DNA of 64,000 nucleotides, from positions 7,782-71,781 of the forward strand of contig NZ_JBKQOU010000305.1 of assembly GCF_052145335.1 (NCBI RefSeq), given 5' to 3'. Every line of letters begins with the position of its first letter. Positions within the stretch are counted from its first letter, which is position 1. Both the position numbers and the translations under genes were made by a program. Of the stretch, positions 24,553 to 34,824 are shown piece after piece. Below the pieces are notes generated by a model that ran no database searches, was not told the DNA's origin, and worked only from the letters and a program-made list of their open reading frames with translations. The stretch is from Rhodoblastus sp. (GTDB lineage: Bacteria > Pseudomonadota > Alphaproteobacteria > Rhizobiales > Beijerinckiaceae).

Positions 24553-25194
24553 ATGCGCGACGAAAACACACCCATCCTCGGATTGATCCTCGCCGGCGGC
24601 CTGAGCCGCCGCATGGGCGGCACGCCAAAATTTTCCGCGCGGATCGGCGGCGTGAGCCTGATCGAACGGGTGATTTCCCTTGTCCGCGACCAATGCGGCG
24701 CTCTGGCGATCAATCCTTACGAGGCGACGGCGGAAACCCAGGCCGCTTTCGCCGGGATCGGCCTGCCGCTGGTGGCCGACGCTGTTTTGGGCCACGCCGG
24801 GCCGCTGGCGGGCGTGCTGGCGGGCCTCGATTATGCCTGGCAAAAGGGCTTGAGCCATGTTCTCAGCGTGCCTTGCGACTGCCCATTTCTGCCCGCCGAC
24901 CTTGCAGCGCGACTGCGCGCGGCGTCGCTGGAGACGCGGGACGGTCTGGCCTGCGCGGCCTCGGGAGGGCGGATTCACCCGGTCGTCGCGTTATGGCCGA
25001 CGCGCTTGCGCGAGGATTTGCGCCGCGCCCTGATCGATCAGGGCTTGCGCAAGGTCGGACAGTTTCAGCACGGATATGATATGGCTTCGGTCGAATGGAA
25101 TTTCCGCAAACGCGACCCTTTTTTCAACATCAACACGCCGGATGATCTATTGCGGGCGCAAGACTTGTTGGCGCCAAACGAGGACGAGGACTGA
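24553..25194 (+). CDS. mobA: Molybdenum cofactor guanylyltransferase
   Basis: ILAGGLSRRMGG, GPLAG, PCDCPF, FFNINTPDD. Confidence 0.92.
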   Translation: MRDENTPILGLILAGGLSRRMGGTPKFSARIGGVSLIERVISLVRDQCGALAINPYEATAETQAAFAGIGLPLVADAVLGHAGPLAGVLAGLDYAWQKGLSHVLSVPCDCPFLPADLAARLRAASLETRDGLACAASGGRIHPVVALWPTRLREDLRRALIDQGLRKVGQFQHGYDMASVEWNFRKRDPFFNINTPDDLLRAQDLLAPNEDED

Positions 25195-25198
25195 AACC

Positions 25199-25426
25199 TT
25201 GCACAAACTTGACCTGCGCGGGCTGAAATGTCCCCTGCCCGTGCTGAAAACCCGCAAATTCCTGTCTGCGCTGGCGCCGGGCGAAAAAGTCGAGGTCGCC
25301 TGCACCGATCCGCTCAGCGTCATTGACCTGCCCAACATGCTGCGCGAGACCGGTGATGCGCTGGAAGCCAGCGGCAAGTCGGACGGCGCGTTGTTGTTCC
25401 TGATCCGCAAAGGCGCGGCGACATGA
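25199..25426 (+). CDS. TusA-family sulfur carrier
   Basis: LDLRGLKCPLPVL; probable TTG start at 25199. Confidence 0.88.
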   Translation: MHKLDLRGLKCPLPVLKTRKFLSALAPGEKVEVACTDPLSVIDLPNMLRETGDALEASGKSDGALLFLIRKGAAT

Positions 25427-25920
25427 GCGTTCATGCCCTGGCCGCCGTCGTCTTTCGTGAAAATGAGCCGATCGACGCGCTTTTCTCCGAATTGCGGGCC
25501 ATTGTGGAATCGCGCGGACGGCGCGTCGGCGGCATCATTCAATCGCCCTGCGAGGAGACGATCTACGCCACCCATATCGAAAGCGGCCGCAAGATCGACC
25601 TGATGCAGAATCTCGGGGCCTGCTCGGAGGGTTGCCGGCTCGACACAGGCGCTCTCGCCGAGGCGGCGGGCCTCTTGGCGGAAAGCCTCGCCGGCGCGCC
25701 GGACCTGTTGATGATCAGCCGGTTTGGCCGCGCCGAGGCCGAGGGCGGCGGCTTTCTCGCCGAGATCGGCGCGGCGGCTTGCGCCGAGACCCCGACCTTG
25801 ATCGGCGTCAACGCCAAGCGCGAGGCGGACTGGCGCGCCTTCGCCGGCGACTTCGCCGAGACCCTGCCCTTTTCACTGGAAGCCGCGCTCGAGTGGTGGG
25901 AGCAGGCCGAAGTTAAGTGA
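25423..25920 (+). CDS. DUF2478 family protein
   Basis: QNLG..S.GCRLD, SRFGRAEAEGGG; ATGA overlap with the TusA-like gene. Confidence 0.82.
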   Translation: MSVHALAAVVFRENEPIDALFSELRAIVESRGRRVGGIIQSPCEETIYATHIESGRKIDLMQNLGACSEGCRLDTGALAEAAGLLAESLAGAPDLLMISRFGRAEAEGGGFLAEIGAAACAETPTLIGVNAKREADWRAFAGDFAETLPFSLEAALEWWEQAEVK

Positions 25921-26031
25921 TTTTCCTGAGGGACAGGCTTCCAAAACAGGACTAGCATCGAAGGCACGGCGCATTAGATAGCATTTCGGGCGCTGGCCGC
26001 CGCGGCGGGTCAAAAATTTGGAGAGATTGCG

Positions 26032-26280
26032 ATGAAGCTCACTCGATCGATCGTCCTGATTTCGCTGCTCGCCTTTTCGGGCGCCGCTGTCGCCCAGACG
26101 ACCGCCCCGGCGCCGGCCGCGCCCGCAGCCCCGGCGGCGCCGGCCATGCCCAAGGCCGATACTGGCAAGATGCAGAAACCCCGCAGCGCCAAGTCGATGG
26201 AATGTTCCAAACAGGCGGACAGCCAGAGCCTGCACGGCAAGCCGCGCCACGCCTTCATGAGCAAGTGCAAGAAGAGCTGA
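26032..26280 (+). CDS. PsiF-family secreted protein
   Basis: Signal peptide, Pro/Ala linker, CSKQAD..LHGK.R..FMSKC. Confidence 0.85.
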   Translation: MKLTRSIVLISLLAFSGAAVAQTTAPAPAAPAAPAAPAMPKADTGKMQKPRSAKSMECSKQADSQSLHGKPRHAFMSKCKKS

Positions 26281-26343
26281 TCCCGAAGGACCGGCGCCGC
26301 GCGCAAAATTGTTTTCGCGCGGCGTTTTGCTGCGATAGGCGCG

Positions 26344-27087
26344 TCAGCCGCGACCGAAAGTTTCGTCGAAGGCGTATCCCGAGCCGCGCACCGTACGGAT
26401 CGGGTCTTCGCGATCGTCCTGCGCCAGCGCCTTGCGCAGGCGACCGATGTGGACATCGACCGTGCGCTCGTCGATCTCCGCGGAAAAGCCCCAGACGCTG
26501 TCGAGCAATTGCGAACGGGCGAACACCCGGCCCGGCTTCTCCATCAAATATTCGAGCAGGCGGAATTCGGTCGGGCCAAGATGCACGTCGCGGCCAGAGC
26601 GGCGCACGCGACGGGTTTCCCGGTCGAGTTCGAGATCGCCGGCGACCAGCTTGACCGCCACCCGCTCCGGACGCGCCCGGCGCAGCAGGGCCCTGACCCG
26701 CGCCATCAGTTCCGGGACGGAAAAGGGCTTCACCACGTAATCGTCGGCGCCGACCGACAGTCCGCGCACCCTCTCGCCCTCTTCGCCGCGCGCCGTCAGC
26801 ATGATCACCGGCAGGGTGCGGGTGATCTCGCGGGCGCGCAGGCGGCGGCAGATTTCAAGACCCGAGACGCCCGGCAGCATCCAGTCGAGAATGACCAGGT
26901 CGGGCGCCGCCTCCTCCAGCCGCAACTCGGCTTCGTCGCCGCGTTCGACGCGCTCGACGATATAGCCTTCGGCTTCAAGGTTGTAGCTGAGGAGGAGCGA
27001 CAAGGACGACTCGTCCTCGACGACCAGAATGCGGGGCGCTCCGCCAGGCGAAGCGGCTCCGACAATCGATGCGCGCGTCTCGTTCAT
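26344..27087 (-). CDS. phoB: Phosphate regulon response regulator
   Basis: VVEDE, LDWMLP, GADDYVVKPFS, RTVDVHIGRLRK; follows phoU (alternative start 27111). Confidence 0.95.
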   Translation of the reverse strand: MNETRASIVGAASPGGAPRILVVEDESSLSLLLSYNLEAEGYIVERVERGDEAELRLEEAAPDLVILDWMLPGVSGLEICRRLRAREITRTLPVIMLTARGEEGERVRGLSVGADDYVVKPFSVPELMARVRALLRRARPERVAVKLVAGDLELDRETRRVRRSGRDVHLGPTEFRLLEYLMEKPGRVFARSQLLDSVWGFSAEIDERTVDVHIGRLRKALAQDDREDPIRTVRGSGYAFDETFGRG

Positions 27088-27140
27088 GGAATCCGCAAGG
27101 CTCCTAATCAAATTTTCCCAAGAAACGCAGTCCGCTGGCT

Positions 27141-27839
27141 TTACGGCATGGCGGAAGTGTCAATTCCGCGCGGCCGCTCGACCGGAAGCGATTCCCCGGT
27201 GACAATATAAACCACGGTCTCGGCGATATTGGTGGTGTGATCGCCGACCCGTTCAAGGTTTTTCGAACAGAACAGCAGATGGGTGCAGAAAGTGATGTTG
27301 CGCGGGTCTTCCATCATGAAAGTCAGAAGGTCGCGGAACACCGAATCTTCCAGCGAGTCGAGTTCGGCGTCGCGTTTCCACACGGCGCGGGCGCGTTCGG
27401 TATCGCGCTGCTGGTAGGCGTCGAGCACGTCGTTCAACTGCGTGGCGGCGACGTCATGCATCGACCTGAGGCCGATGACGGCGCGCGGAATGCGCGATTC
27501 CCCGGCGACTTTGGTCGCCCGCTTGGCGATGTTCTTCGCCAGGTCGCCGATGCGCTCCAGATCGGCGGAAATGCGGATGGCGCCGATGATCTCGCGCAGG
27601 TCGACCGCCAGCGGCTGCCGCCGGGCGATGGTATGGACGGCGAAATCTTCGATGGTTCGTTGCAGAGCGTCGAGGCGAGGATCGGTGGCGACGACTTTCT
27701 GCGCCAGTTCGATGTTCATGCCGGCAAGCGCGTCCATCGCGTCGGCCAGCATTTTTTCGGCTATGCCGCCCATTTCGGCGATGTAGCGGTCGAGCGTTTC
27801 CAACTCGACGTCGAAGGATTTGACAGTGTGGTCGACCAT
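27141..27839 (-). CDS. phoU: Phosphate signalling protein PhoU
   Basis: HTVKSFD, DLERIGDLAKNIA, LERVGDHTTNIAE. Confidence 0.96.
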   Translation of the reverse strand: MVDHTVKSFDVELETLDRYIAEMGGIAEKMLADAMDALAGMNIELAQKVVATDPRLDALQRTIEDFAVHTIARRQPLAVDLREIIGAIRISADLERIGDLAKNIAKRATKVAGESRIPRAVIGLRSMHDVAATQLNDVLDAYQQRDTERARAVWKRDAELDSLEDSVFRDLLTFMMEDPRNITFCTHLLFCSKNLERVGDHTTNIAETVVYIVTGESLPVERPRGIDTSAMP

Positions 27840-27875
27840 TTTCTGCAATTCCTGTTTGCCGTCGAATGGCTGCGA

Positions 27876-28672
<797 letters not shown>

Positions 28673-28676
<4 letters not shown>

Positions 28677-29545
28677 TGGCTGGTCCTTTGCGCGCCGAGG
28701 ATGCGCGCCGTGATCGACAAAGCGAGAACGGCCAGGGTAATAAGCAAGGCGCCGACCCAGGCAAGCTGCTGCCATTCCTTGTAGGGCGACAGCGCGAACT
28801 GGAAGATCACCACCGGCAGGCTCGCCATGGGCTTGTTGAGGTCCGTGCTCCAGAACTGATTGTTGAGGGCGGTGAACAACAGCGGCGCGGTTTCTCCGCT
28901 GACGCGGGCCACCGCCAGCAACAGCCCGGTGATCAGTCCCGCCCGCGCCGCCTTGTAGGCGACGTGGCGGATGACCAGCGAGCGCGGCAGGCCGAGCGCG
29001 GAAGCGGCCTCGCGCAGCGGGCCGGGCACCAGATTGAGCATGTCCTCGGTGGTGCGCACCACCACCGGCACGACCAGAAGCGCAAGAGCTATAGCCCCGG
29101 CGAAGGCGGAGAAATGACCCATCGGCACCACGGCGATTTCATAGACGAACAGGCCGATGACGATCGAGGGCGCCGACAACAGGATGTCGTTGATGAAGCG
29201 CACCACCGTGGTCAGTCTGGAGCCACGGCCATATTCGGCCATGTAGGTGCCGGCGAACAGGCCGAGCGGCGCCCCGATCAGCACGCCGAAAAAGGTCATC
29301 GCCAGCGAGCCGAAAATGGCGTTGAGCAATCCGCCGGCGGAACCGGGCGGCGGCGTCATCTGGGTGAAAACGGCCGGCGAAATGCTGGAAAAGCCGCTCC
29401 ACAGCAGGGCTCCGAGGATCAGCGCCAGGGCGAGCAGGCCGAGCCCGGCCGCGACGAAGCACAGAGCCATGACGATGGCGCTGCGCGTTTTGCGGACAGC
29501 TTGCAGACGGCCGGCTCCCGGCCGGGAGGATTGCAGAGAAGCCAT
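28673..29545 (-). CDS. pstA: Phosphate ABC transporter permease
   Basis: [23 protein letters not shown]. Confidence 0.96.
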
Positions 29546-29546
29546 G

Positions 29547-30542
29547 TCAGCGCGCTCCCTTTTGCTCGATGCGCATCAGCAGCAGGCGCGAAATCGACAG
29601 CACGATGAAGGTGATGACGAACAGCAGCAAGCCAAGCGCGATCAGCGAGGAGGTGTAGAGCTTGCCGTCGGCCTCGGTGAATTCATTGGCGATGGTGGCG
29701 GAAATGGTGGTGCCGGGACCGAGGATCGACGGCGAAATCTTGTGGGCGTTGCCGATGACGAAAGTGACCGCCATGGTCTCGCCGAGCGCGCGACCCAGCG
29801 CCAGCATGATGCCGCCGACCAGTCCGACGCCGGTATAGGGCGCGACGATGCGGCGCATCACTTCCCAGCGGGTGCAGCCGATGCCGAAGGCGGCTTCCTT
29901 GAGCACCGCCGGCACCGTATTGAACACGTCGCGAGAAATCGAGCTGATCAGCGGCAGGATCATGATGGCCAGGATCAAGCCGGCCGTCGCGATGCCTATG
30001 CCATAGGGAGGGCCCGAGAAAATCTCGTTGAGATAGGGAATGCCGGAGAAAAAGGCGATGATCGCCGGCTGCACATGCGCCTGCAGGAAGGGCGCGAGAA
30101 TGAACATGCCCCAGATGCCGTAGATGATCGAGGGTATGCCGGCGAGCAGTTCAACGGCTATGCCGATTGGACGGCGCAATGTGTGGGGGCAGAGTTCGGT
30201 CAGGAACACGGCGATGCCCAAGCCGATCGGCACCGCGATCGCCAAAGCGATCAGCGACGTGACCAAGGTTCCATAGATGGCCGGGCCCGCGCCGAATTTC
30301 TCGGTGACCGGATTCCACGACGCCGAGGTGAGGAAGCCAAAGCCGAATTCATGGAGCGCCGGCGCCGCGCCTTCGACCAGCGAAACGATGACGCCGCCGA
30401 GCAGCAGCAGAACGGTGACGGCGCAAGTCTGGGTAATCACACGGAAAGTGGTGTCGCCGATCGCAAAATGGCGCAGCACGCTGTCGCGCAAATCGCCATG
30501 CGACGCTGCCTTCGCGTCCGAACTCAAAAGCGCCTCCGCCAT
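29547..30542 (-). CDS. pstC: Phosphate ABC transporter permease
   Basis: [28 protein letters not shown]. Confidence 0.96.
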   Translation of the reverse strand: MAEALLSSDAKAASHGDLRDSVLRHFAIGDTTFRVITQTCAVTVLLLLGGVIVSLVEGAAPALHEFGFGFLTSASWNPVTEKFGAGPAIYGTLVTSLIALAIAVPIGLGIAVFLTELCPHTLRRPIGIAVELLAGIPSIIYGIWGMFILAPFLQAHVQPAIIAFFSGIPYLNEIFSGPPYGIGIATAGLILAIMILPLISSISRDVFNTVPAVLKEAAFGIGCTRWEVMRRIVAPYTGVGLVGGIMLALGRALGETMAVTFVIGNAHKISPSILGPGTTISATIANEFTEADGKLYTSSLIALGLLLFVITFIVLSISRLLLMRIEQKGAR

Positions 30543-30566
30543 TATCTATCCCCCTGAAGTTTGCAG

Positions 30567-30593
30567 CGGGCCGGGAAGAAACTCCCCGGCCCG
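30567..30593 (-). terminator. pstS-pstC intergenic hairpin (mRNA stabiliser or partial terminator)
   Basis: CGGGCCGGG...CCCGGCCCG stem; no strong U tract. Confidence 0.5.
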
Positions 30594-30611
30594 AAGCTTT
30601 TCAGCAAACGA

Positions 30612-31658
30612 TCAATTGCCGACGAACAGCGACTTGCCGTCGGCGGTCTTGATGTCCGCCGCCCAGGTCTTCTTGATCAAGCCGATGACATTGTCGGGCA
30701 TCGGGATGTAATCGAGGGCTTCTGCTTCCTTGGCGCCATTGGCGAAAGCCCAGGCAAAGAACTTCAGCGCTTCGCCTGTGGCGACCGCGTCCACCGGTTG
30801 TTTCTGCACCAGGATGAAGGTCGCCGCGGTGATCGGCCAGGAGTCCGCGCCCGGCTCATTGGTCAGGATTTGATAATAGCCGGGCGAATTGGCCCAGTCG
30901 GCGTTGGCGGCGGCGGCCTGGAAGGATTCCATGGTCGGCGCGACCGTCTTGCCGTCATGATTGACCAACTTGGCGTAGGTCATCTTGTTCTGCTTGGCGT
31001 AGGCATATTCGACGTAGCCAATCGAACCCTTGGTGTTAGCCACCGTATTGGCGACGCCCTCATTGCCCTTGGCTGCGAGGCCGGTCGGCCACTCCACCGC
31101 AGTCGCCGATCCGACCTTGGATTTCCAGTCGGCGGAGACCTTGGAGAGATAATCGGTGAAGTTGAAGGTCGTGCCCGAACCGTCCGAACGATGGACGACC
31201 AGTATGGCCGTCTCGGGCAGCTTGACGGCGGGGTTGAGCTTGGCGATGGCGGGGTCGTTCCAGACCTTGATTTCGCCGAGGAAGATTTTGGCGAAGGTCG
31301 GGCCGTCGATGACGATGTCGCCGGCCGAAACGCCGTCGAGATTGACGACCGGCACGATGCCGCCCATCACCTGCGGCCATTGCACCAGACCGGCCTTCTC
31401 AAGCTCGTCGGCCTTGAGCGGCGCATCGGTGGCCCCGAAAGTCACCGTATTGGCTTTGATCTGCTTGATGCCGCCTCCGGATCCGATCGACTGGTAATTC
31501 AGGCCGAAGCCGGTTTCCTTTTTGTAGGAATCCGCCCATTTGGCGTAGATCGGATAGGGGAATGTGGCGCCAGCGCCGGAAACATCGGCGGCGATGGCGG
31601 CCGAGCCAACGCCGACAAAAGCCGCAACAACAGCGGAGCGCAAAAGGATTTTCGACAT
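30612..31658 (-). CDS. pstS: Phosphate-binding periplasmic protein
   Basis: Signal peptide, [25 protein letters not shown]; start ATG 31658. Confidence 0.97.
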   Translation of the reverse strand: MSKILLRSAVVAAFVGVGSAAIAADVSGAGATFPYPIYAKWADSYKKETGFGLNYQSIGSGGGIKQIKANTVTFGATDAPLKADELEKAGLVQWPQVMGGIVPVVNLDGVSAGDIVIDGPTFAKIFLGEIKVWNDPAIAKLNPAVKLPETAILVVHRSDGSGTTFNFTDYLSKVSADWKSKVGSATAVEWPTGLAAKGNEGVANTVANTKGSIGYVEYAYAKQNKMTYAKLVNHDGKTVAPTMESFQAAAANADWANSPGYYQILTNEPGADSWPITAATFILVQKQPVDAVATGEALKFFAWAFANGAKEAEALDYIPMPDNVIGLIKKTWAADIKTADGKSLFVGN

Positions 31659-31772
31659 GCCGGACCTCTTCTGAGGTTGAATGGTTCGCCCGTCCGCGCC
31701 CAGAGGCGTGACCGGCGAATTCGCGGCGGCGTGACGCCGCAGCCTGAACGCGCTTGCGCGCAGCGGTCGTTT

Positions 31773-31801
31773 ACGACAGCGAAATGACGGCTGGATGACA
31801 G
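31773..31801 (-). promoter_or_regulatory. Pho box (three 11-bp-period half sites)
   Basis: Minus strand CTGTCAT-CCAG-CCGTCAT-TTCG-CTGTCGT upstream of pstS. Confidence 0.9.
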
Positions 31802-31875
31802 CAAGCGGCCGGAATTGCCCACGAAACGGCGCGCGACGAATTTTCCCGAAAACACGCGAAAACCCCGACTCAAGG

Positions 31876-32925
31876 TCACGCCTCGTAAAGCGGCACCAAA
31901 GCTGAAAAAGTCGCGCCATTGCCCAGTTGCGAACGGACGCTGATGCGGCCGCGATGGCGCAGAAGGATATGCTTGACCAAAGCGAGGCCGAGGCCGGTGC
32001 CGCCCTTGGCGCGACTCTGGCCGACATCGACGCGGTAGAAACGCTCGGTCAGGCGCGGAATGTTTTCCGGCGCTATGCCCGGCCCTTCGTCGCGCACTTC
32101 GAGCACCCCGTAGGAGCCGCGCGGCGCCACCGAGACCCACACCCGCCGCTCGTCTTGACCGGGCTCCGGCGCGCTGTATTTGATGGCGTTTTCGATCAGG
32201 TTTTCGGCGACCCGCACCAGTTCGTCGCGGTCGCCGCGCACCTGGGCCGGTTCGGTTTTCAGCTCCAGTATGACGCGGTTGTCCTGGGCCAGCGGCGTCA
32301 GCGCGTCGCGCACATGGCGCACGAGACCCGAAAGATCGACGGCGCCGCGGGGACGCAGATGCAGGGTCTGTTCGATGCGCGACAGCGACAAAAGATCGTC
32401 GACGAGACGCGCCATGCGGCGCGCCTGTTCGAGCATGATGGCGAGAAAGCGCGCCCGCGCTTCCGCATCGTTGCGCGCCGGGCCTTGCAGCGTTTCGATG
32501 AAACCGAGCAGCGAAGCGAGAGGCGTGCGCAATTCGTGGCTGGCGTTGGCGACGAAATCGACCCGCGTCTGTTCCAGCCTCCGCGATTCGGTGGCGTCGT
32601 GCAGGGTCAGGGCGACGAAACGCGCCGGCGAAGACTGGAAGGCGGCGACATGAACCTGGAACAATCTTTCCACCGGCACACGGTCGAGCCAGGAAATATT
32701 TTCGGCCTGTCCCGAATTCAGCACCCGCGCAATGGCGTCATGCAAGTCGACCGCGCGCAGGCTGGTCGTCAGGGGCGCCTGCAGGCGCAATTGCGGAAAC
32801 AGCGCCCGCGCCGGGCCGTTGGCCGCGACAAGCCGCACGGTGTCGCTGACCACCAGCACAGGTTCCGGCATGGCCTCGATCAAACTGGCCAGTAGCGCGC
32901 CGCCGACTTCCATCGTCTCGTTCAT
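31876..32925 (-). CDS. phoR: Phosphate sensor histidine kinase
   Basis: PAS domain, [37 protein letters not shown]. Confidence 0.92.
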   Translation of the reverse strand: MNETMEVGGALLASLIEAMPEPVLVVSDTVRLVAANGPARALFPQLRLQAPLTTSLRAVDLHDAIARVLNSGQAENISWLDRVPVERLFQVHVAAFQSSPARFVALTLHDATESRRLEQTRVDFVANASHELRTPLASLLGFIETLQGPARNDAEARARFLAIMLEQARRMARLVDDLLSLSRIEQTLHLRPRGAVDLSGLVRHVRDALTPLAQDNRVILELKTEPAQVRGDRDELVRVAENLIENAIKYSAPEPGQDERRVWVSVAPRGSYGVLEVRDEGPGIAPENIPRLTERFYRVDVGQSRAKGGTGLGLALVKHILLRHRGRISVRSQLGNGATFSALVPLYEA

Positions 32926-32961
32926 GCCGCGCAAATTCCCAAAGTTGCAAAGCAAAGGACG

Positions 32962-34044
32962 TCAATCGTCCTTGTCCCTCTCCGCCTCCGCCCGGTTCAT
33001 CGCTTCGCGCAAGGCGTCCCAACGGCGCCCGCCTTCATTGGCGCCGAGGAGGGTGAGAGCCAACACGAAAGGGATGACATAATAAAGAATGCGGAACATC
33101 AAGAGCGAGGCGAGCAGGGCCTCCTGCGAGGGCGCCGGCAGCACTTTCAGCATGGTCGCCTCGAAAACGCCGATACCGCCCGGCGCATGGCTGATGATGC
33201 CGAGCAGGCTGGCGAAGACATAGACGGAGGCGAAGGTGAAAAAGTCCAGGCCGGCATGGCTCGGCAGCAGCGCATAAAGCACCCCGGCGGCGCTGCACAG
33301 GTCCATCACCCCGAGCGCCATCTGCCCGAGCGTCAGCCCGAGGCCCGGAAGTTCAAGATGCAGACCCTGCCAGCGGGCGCGGCGAGGGTGCGCCGAAACC
33401 CAATAGAGATAGCCGAATATCGCCGTCAGCACGCCGAGGCCGATCAGCCGGTTCAAATTGACCGCCAGATGGTTGATCTCGGACAGAGGCTCCGCCTCGA
33501 TCAGCAGGCCCAGGGCGATCACCACAGCCATGCCGAGCCAGAAGGTCACGCCGGCCACCACTGTCAGGCTGGCGATCTTGCCTGGCCGCACGCCGGCGCG
33601 CGAATAGATCCAGTAGCGCACCGTGCCGCCGGTGAAAATCGGAAAGCCCAGGGTGAAGGACACGGCATAGGAGGTGAAGGAGCCGAGCGCCGTGGTCCGG
33701 TAAGGCACGCGCAGCTTCAACTGATGCAGGGCCAAAGCGTCGTAGCCGGTCAGCATCAGATAGGACAAGGCCGTGAAAAACATGCCGAGCGCGATCTGGC
33801 GCGACGAGGTGGCGGCGAAGGCCCCGCGCAATTCGGCCATGTTGAGGCTGGAGATGGTGCGGGTGAGAACGACAACCGCCACCGCGACCACGATCAGGCT
33901 GGCCGCCATTCCGATCCGCGCCCACAACCTGCGCTTTTTCACCGCCGCTTCGCTGGCGAGGCGGCGGGGAGACCGGGCCGATTGCGCCGGCGCCGATTCC
34001 GGCGCTTCGGCTTCACCCTCGTTATCGCTCCCCATCCGTTCCAT
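32962..34044 (-). CDS. UPF0104 / lysylphosphatidylglycerol synthase TM-domain protein
   Basis: GYDALAL, GGTVRY..Y, HAPGGIGVFEA, FRILYY; multiple TM helices. Confidence 0.85.
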   Translation of the reverse strand: MERMGSDNEGEAEAPESAPAQSARSPRRLASEAAVKKRRLWARIGMAASLIVVAVAVVVLTRTISSLNMAELRGAFAATSSRQIALGMFFTALSYLMLTGYDALALHQLKLRVPYRTTALGSFTSYAVSFTLGFPIFTGGTVRYWIYSRAGVRPGKIASLTVVAGVTFWLGMAVVIALGLLIEAEPLSEINHLAVNLNRLIGLGVLTAIFGYLYWVSAHPRRARWQGLHLELPGLGLTLGQMALGVMDLCSAAGVLYALLPSHAGLDFFTFASVYVFASLLGIISHAPGGIGVFEATMLKVLPAPSQEALLASLLMFRILYYVIPFVLALTLLGANEGGRRWDALREAMNRAEAERDKDD

Positions 34045-34148
34045 CGCTGACGCTGCCGATCATCCGCCAAACAGCCGGACGTTTAAGGCTCCTTTACGGC
34101 GCCATCCCTGCTTCGGCAAGCCACCCGTTTCTCAGGATAATGGCCAGC

Positions 34149-34181
34149 AAAAAAACGCGGGCCCGCTCGGAAGCCCGCGTT
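34149..34181 (-). terminator. Rho-independent terminator of the ferredoxin gene
   Basis: Minus strand AACGCGGGC...GCCCGCG followed by TTTTTTT. Confidence 0.8.
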
Positions 34182-34204
34182 GCATCGGTCCGGATGGTCC
34201 GGGA

Positions 34205-34609
34205 TCAGGATTCGGTGACCGTGGCCTTCGACTTGTGCTGCTTGACCGGCATGGTTTCGTCGCCGACGAATTTCACCTGAATGTCCTCGTCGCGCAAAAC
34301 ACACTGGCAAGCCAGACGGAAGTGCGGCGGCATGTCGTTGACCTCGGCGTCGACGACCTCGGCTTTGCTGATCTTGCCGAGTTGCTTGAGCATTTCCTTT
34401 TCTTTGTCGGTCAGCATGATCGCGTGAGGTTTCTTGCTGAGGACCGTGATCTCGACGAGGCAGGAGCCGCATTCGCCATCCTGGCAGTCGAACGGAATCG
34501 GAATCTTGTTGTCTTTGGCAAGCGAAAGAAGCGTGCCGCGATCGCCCGCCACCGCATAAACGGTGACGTCGCGCGACAGCGACGGCGAAGTAAAGGTCAC
34601 ATTGGCCAT
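34205..34609 (-). CDS. [2Fe-2S] ferredoxin, FeSII (Shethna protein II)-like, 134 aa
   Basis: AVAGDRGTLL, IPFDCQDGECGSCLV, LTDKEK..L, PP.FRLACQ..DEDI; GGGAG RBS. Confidence 0.85.
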   Translation of the reverse strand: MANVTFTSPSLSRDVTVYAVAGDRGTLLSLAKDNKIPIPFDCQDGECGSCLVEITVLSKKPHAIMLTDKEKEMLKQLGKISKAEVVDAEVNDMPPHFRLACQCVLRDEDIQVKFVGDETMPVKQHKSKATVTES

Positions 34610-34659
34610 TGGTATTGCTCCCGGAAATTTTTGAAGCCGCGTTTGCTCCCGACACATGG

Positions 34660-34677
34660 CAGCAAAAGCCGTGCCCG
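34660..34677 (-). promoter_or_regulatory. sigma54 (-24/-12) promoter
   Basis: Minus strand CGGGCACGGCTTTTGCTG, i.e. GG-N10-GC with GGCAC and TTGC, about 50 bp upstream of the ATG. Confidence 0.8.
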
Positions 34678-34791
34678 GATTGGAGGGCCGAAAATCGGGG
34701 AGTTGAGCGGCGACAGACGCGCCGTACGGGTCGACAATTTGTTGCGGCCGGTTCAAACGGGAAACGAAAGCGACAGGTTTTGTTTCGTCCG

Positions 34792-34807
34792 CGTCGCAAG
34801 GCCGACA
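34792..34807. promoter_or_regulatory. NifA UAS-like site
   Basis: CGTCG-CAAGGC-CGACA (one mismatch to TGT-N10-ACA), about 115 bp upstream of the -24 element. Confidence 0.55.
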
Positions 34808-34824
34808 AGTCCTGTCGGAGCAGC

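Noticed and set aside
25921-26031. Pho box upstream of the psiF-like gene
   Set aside because: No CTGTCAT-like 11-bp repeats found despite proximity to phoB
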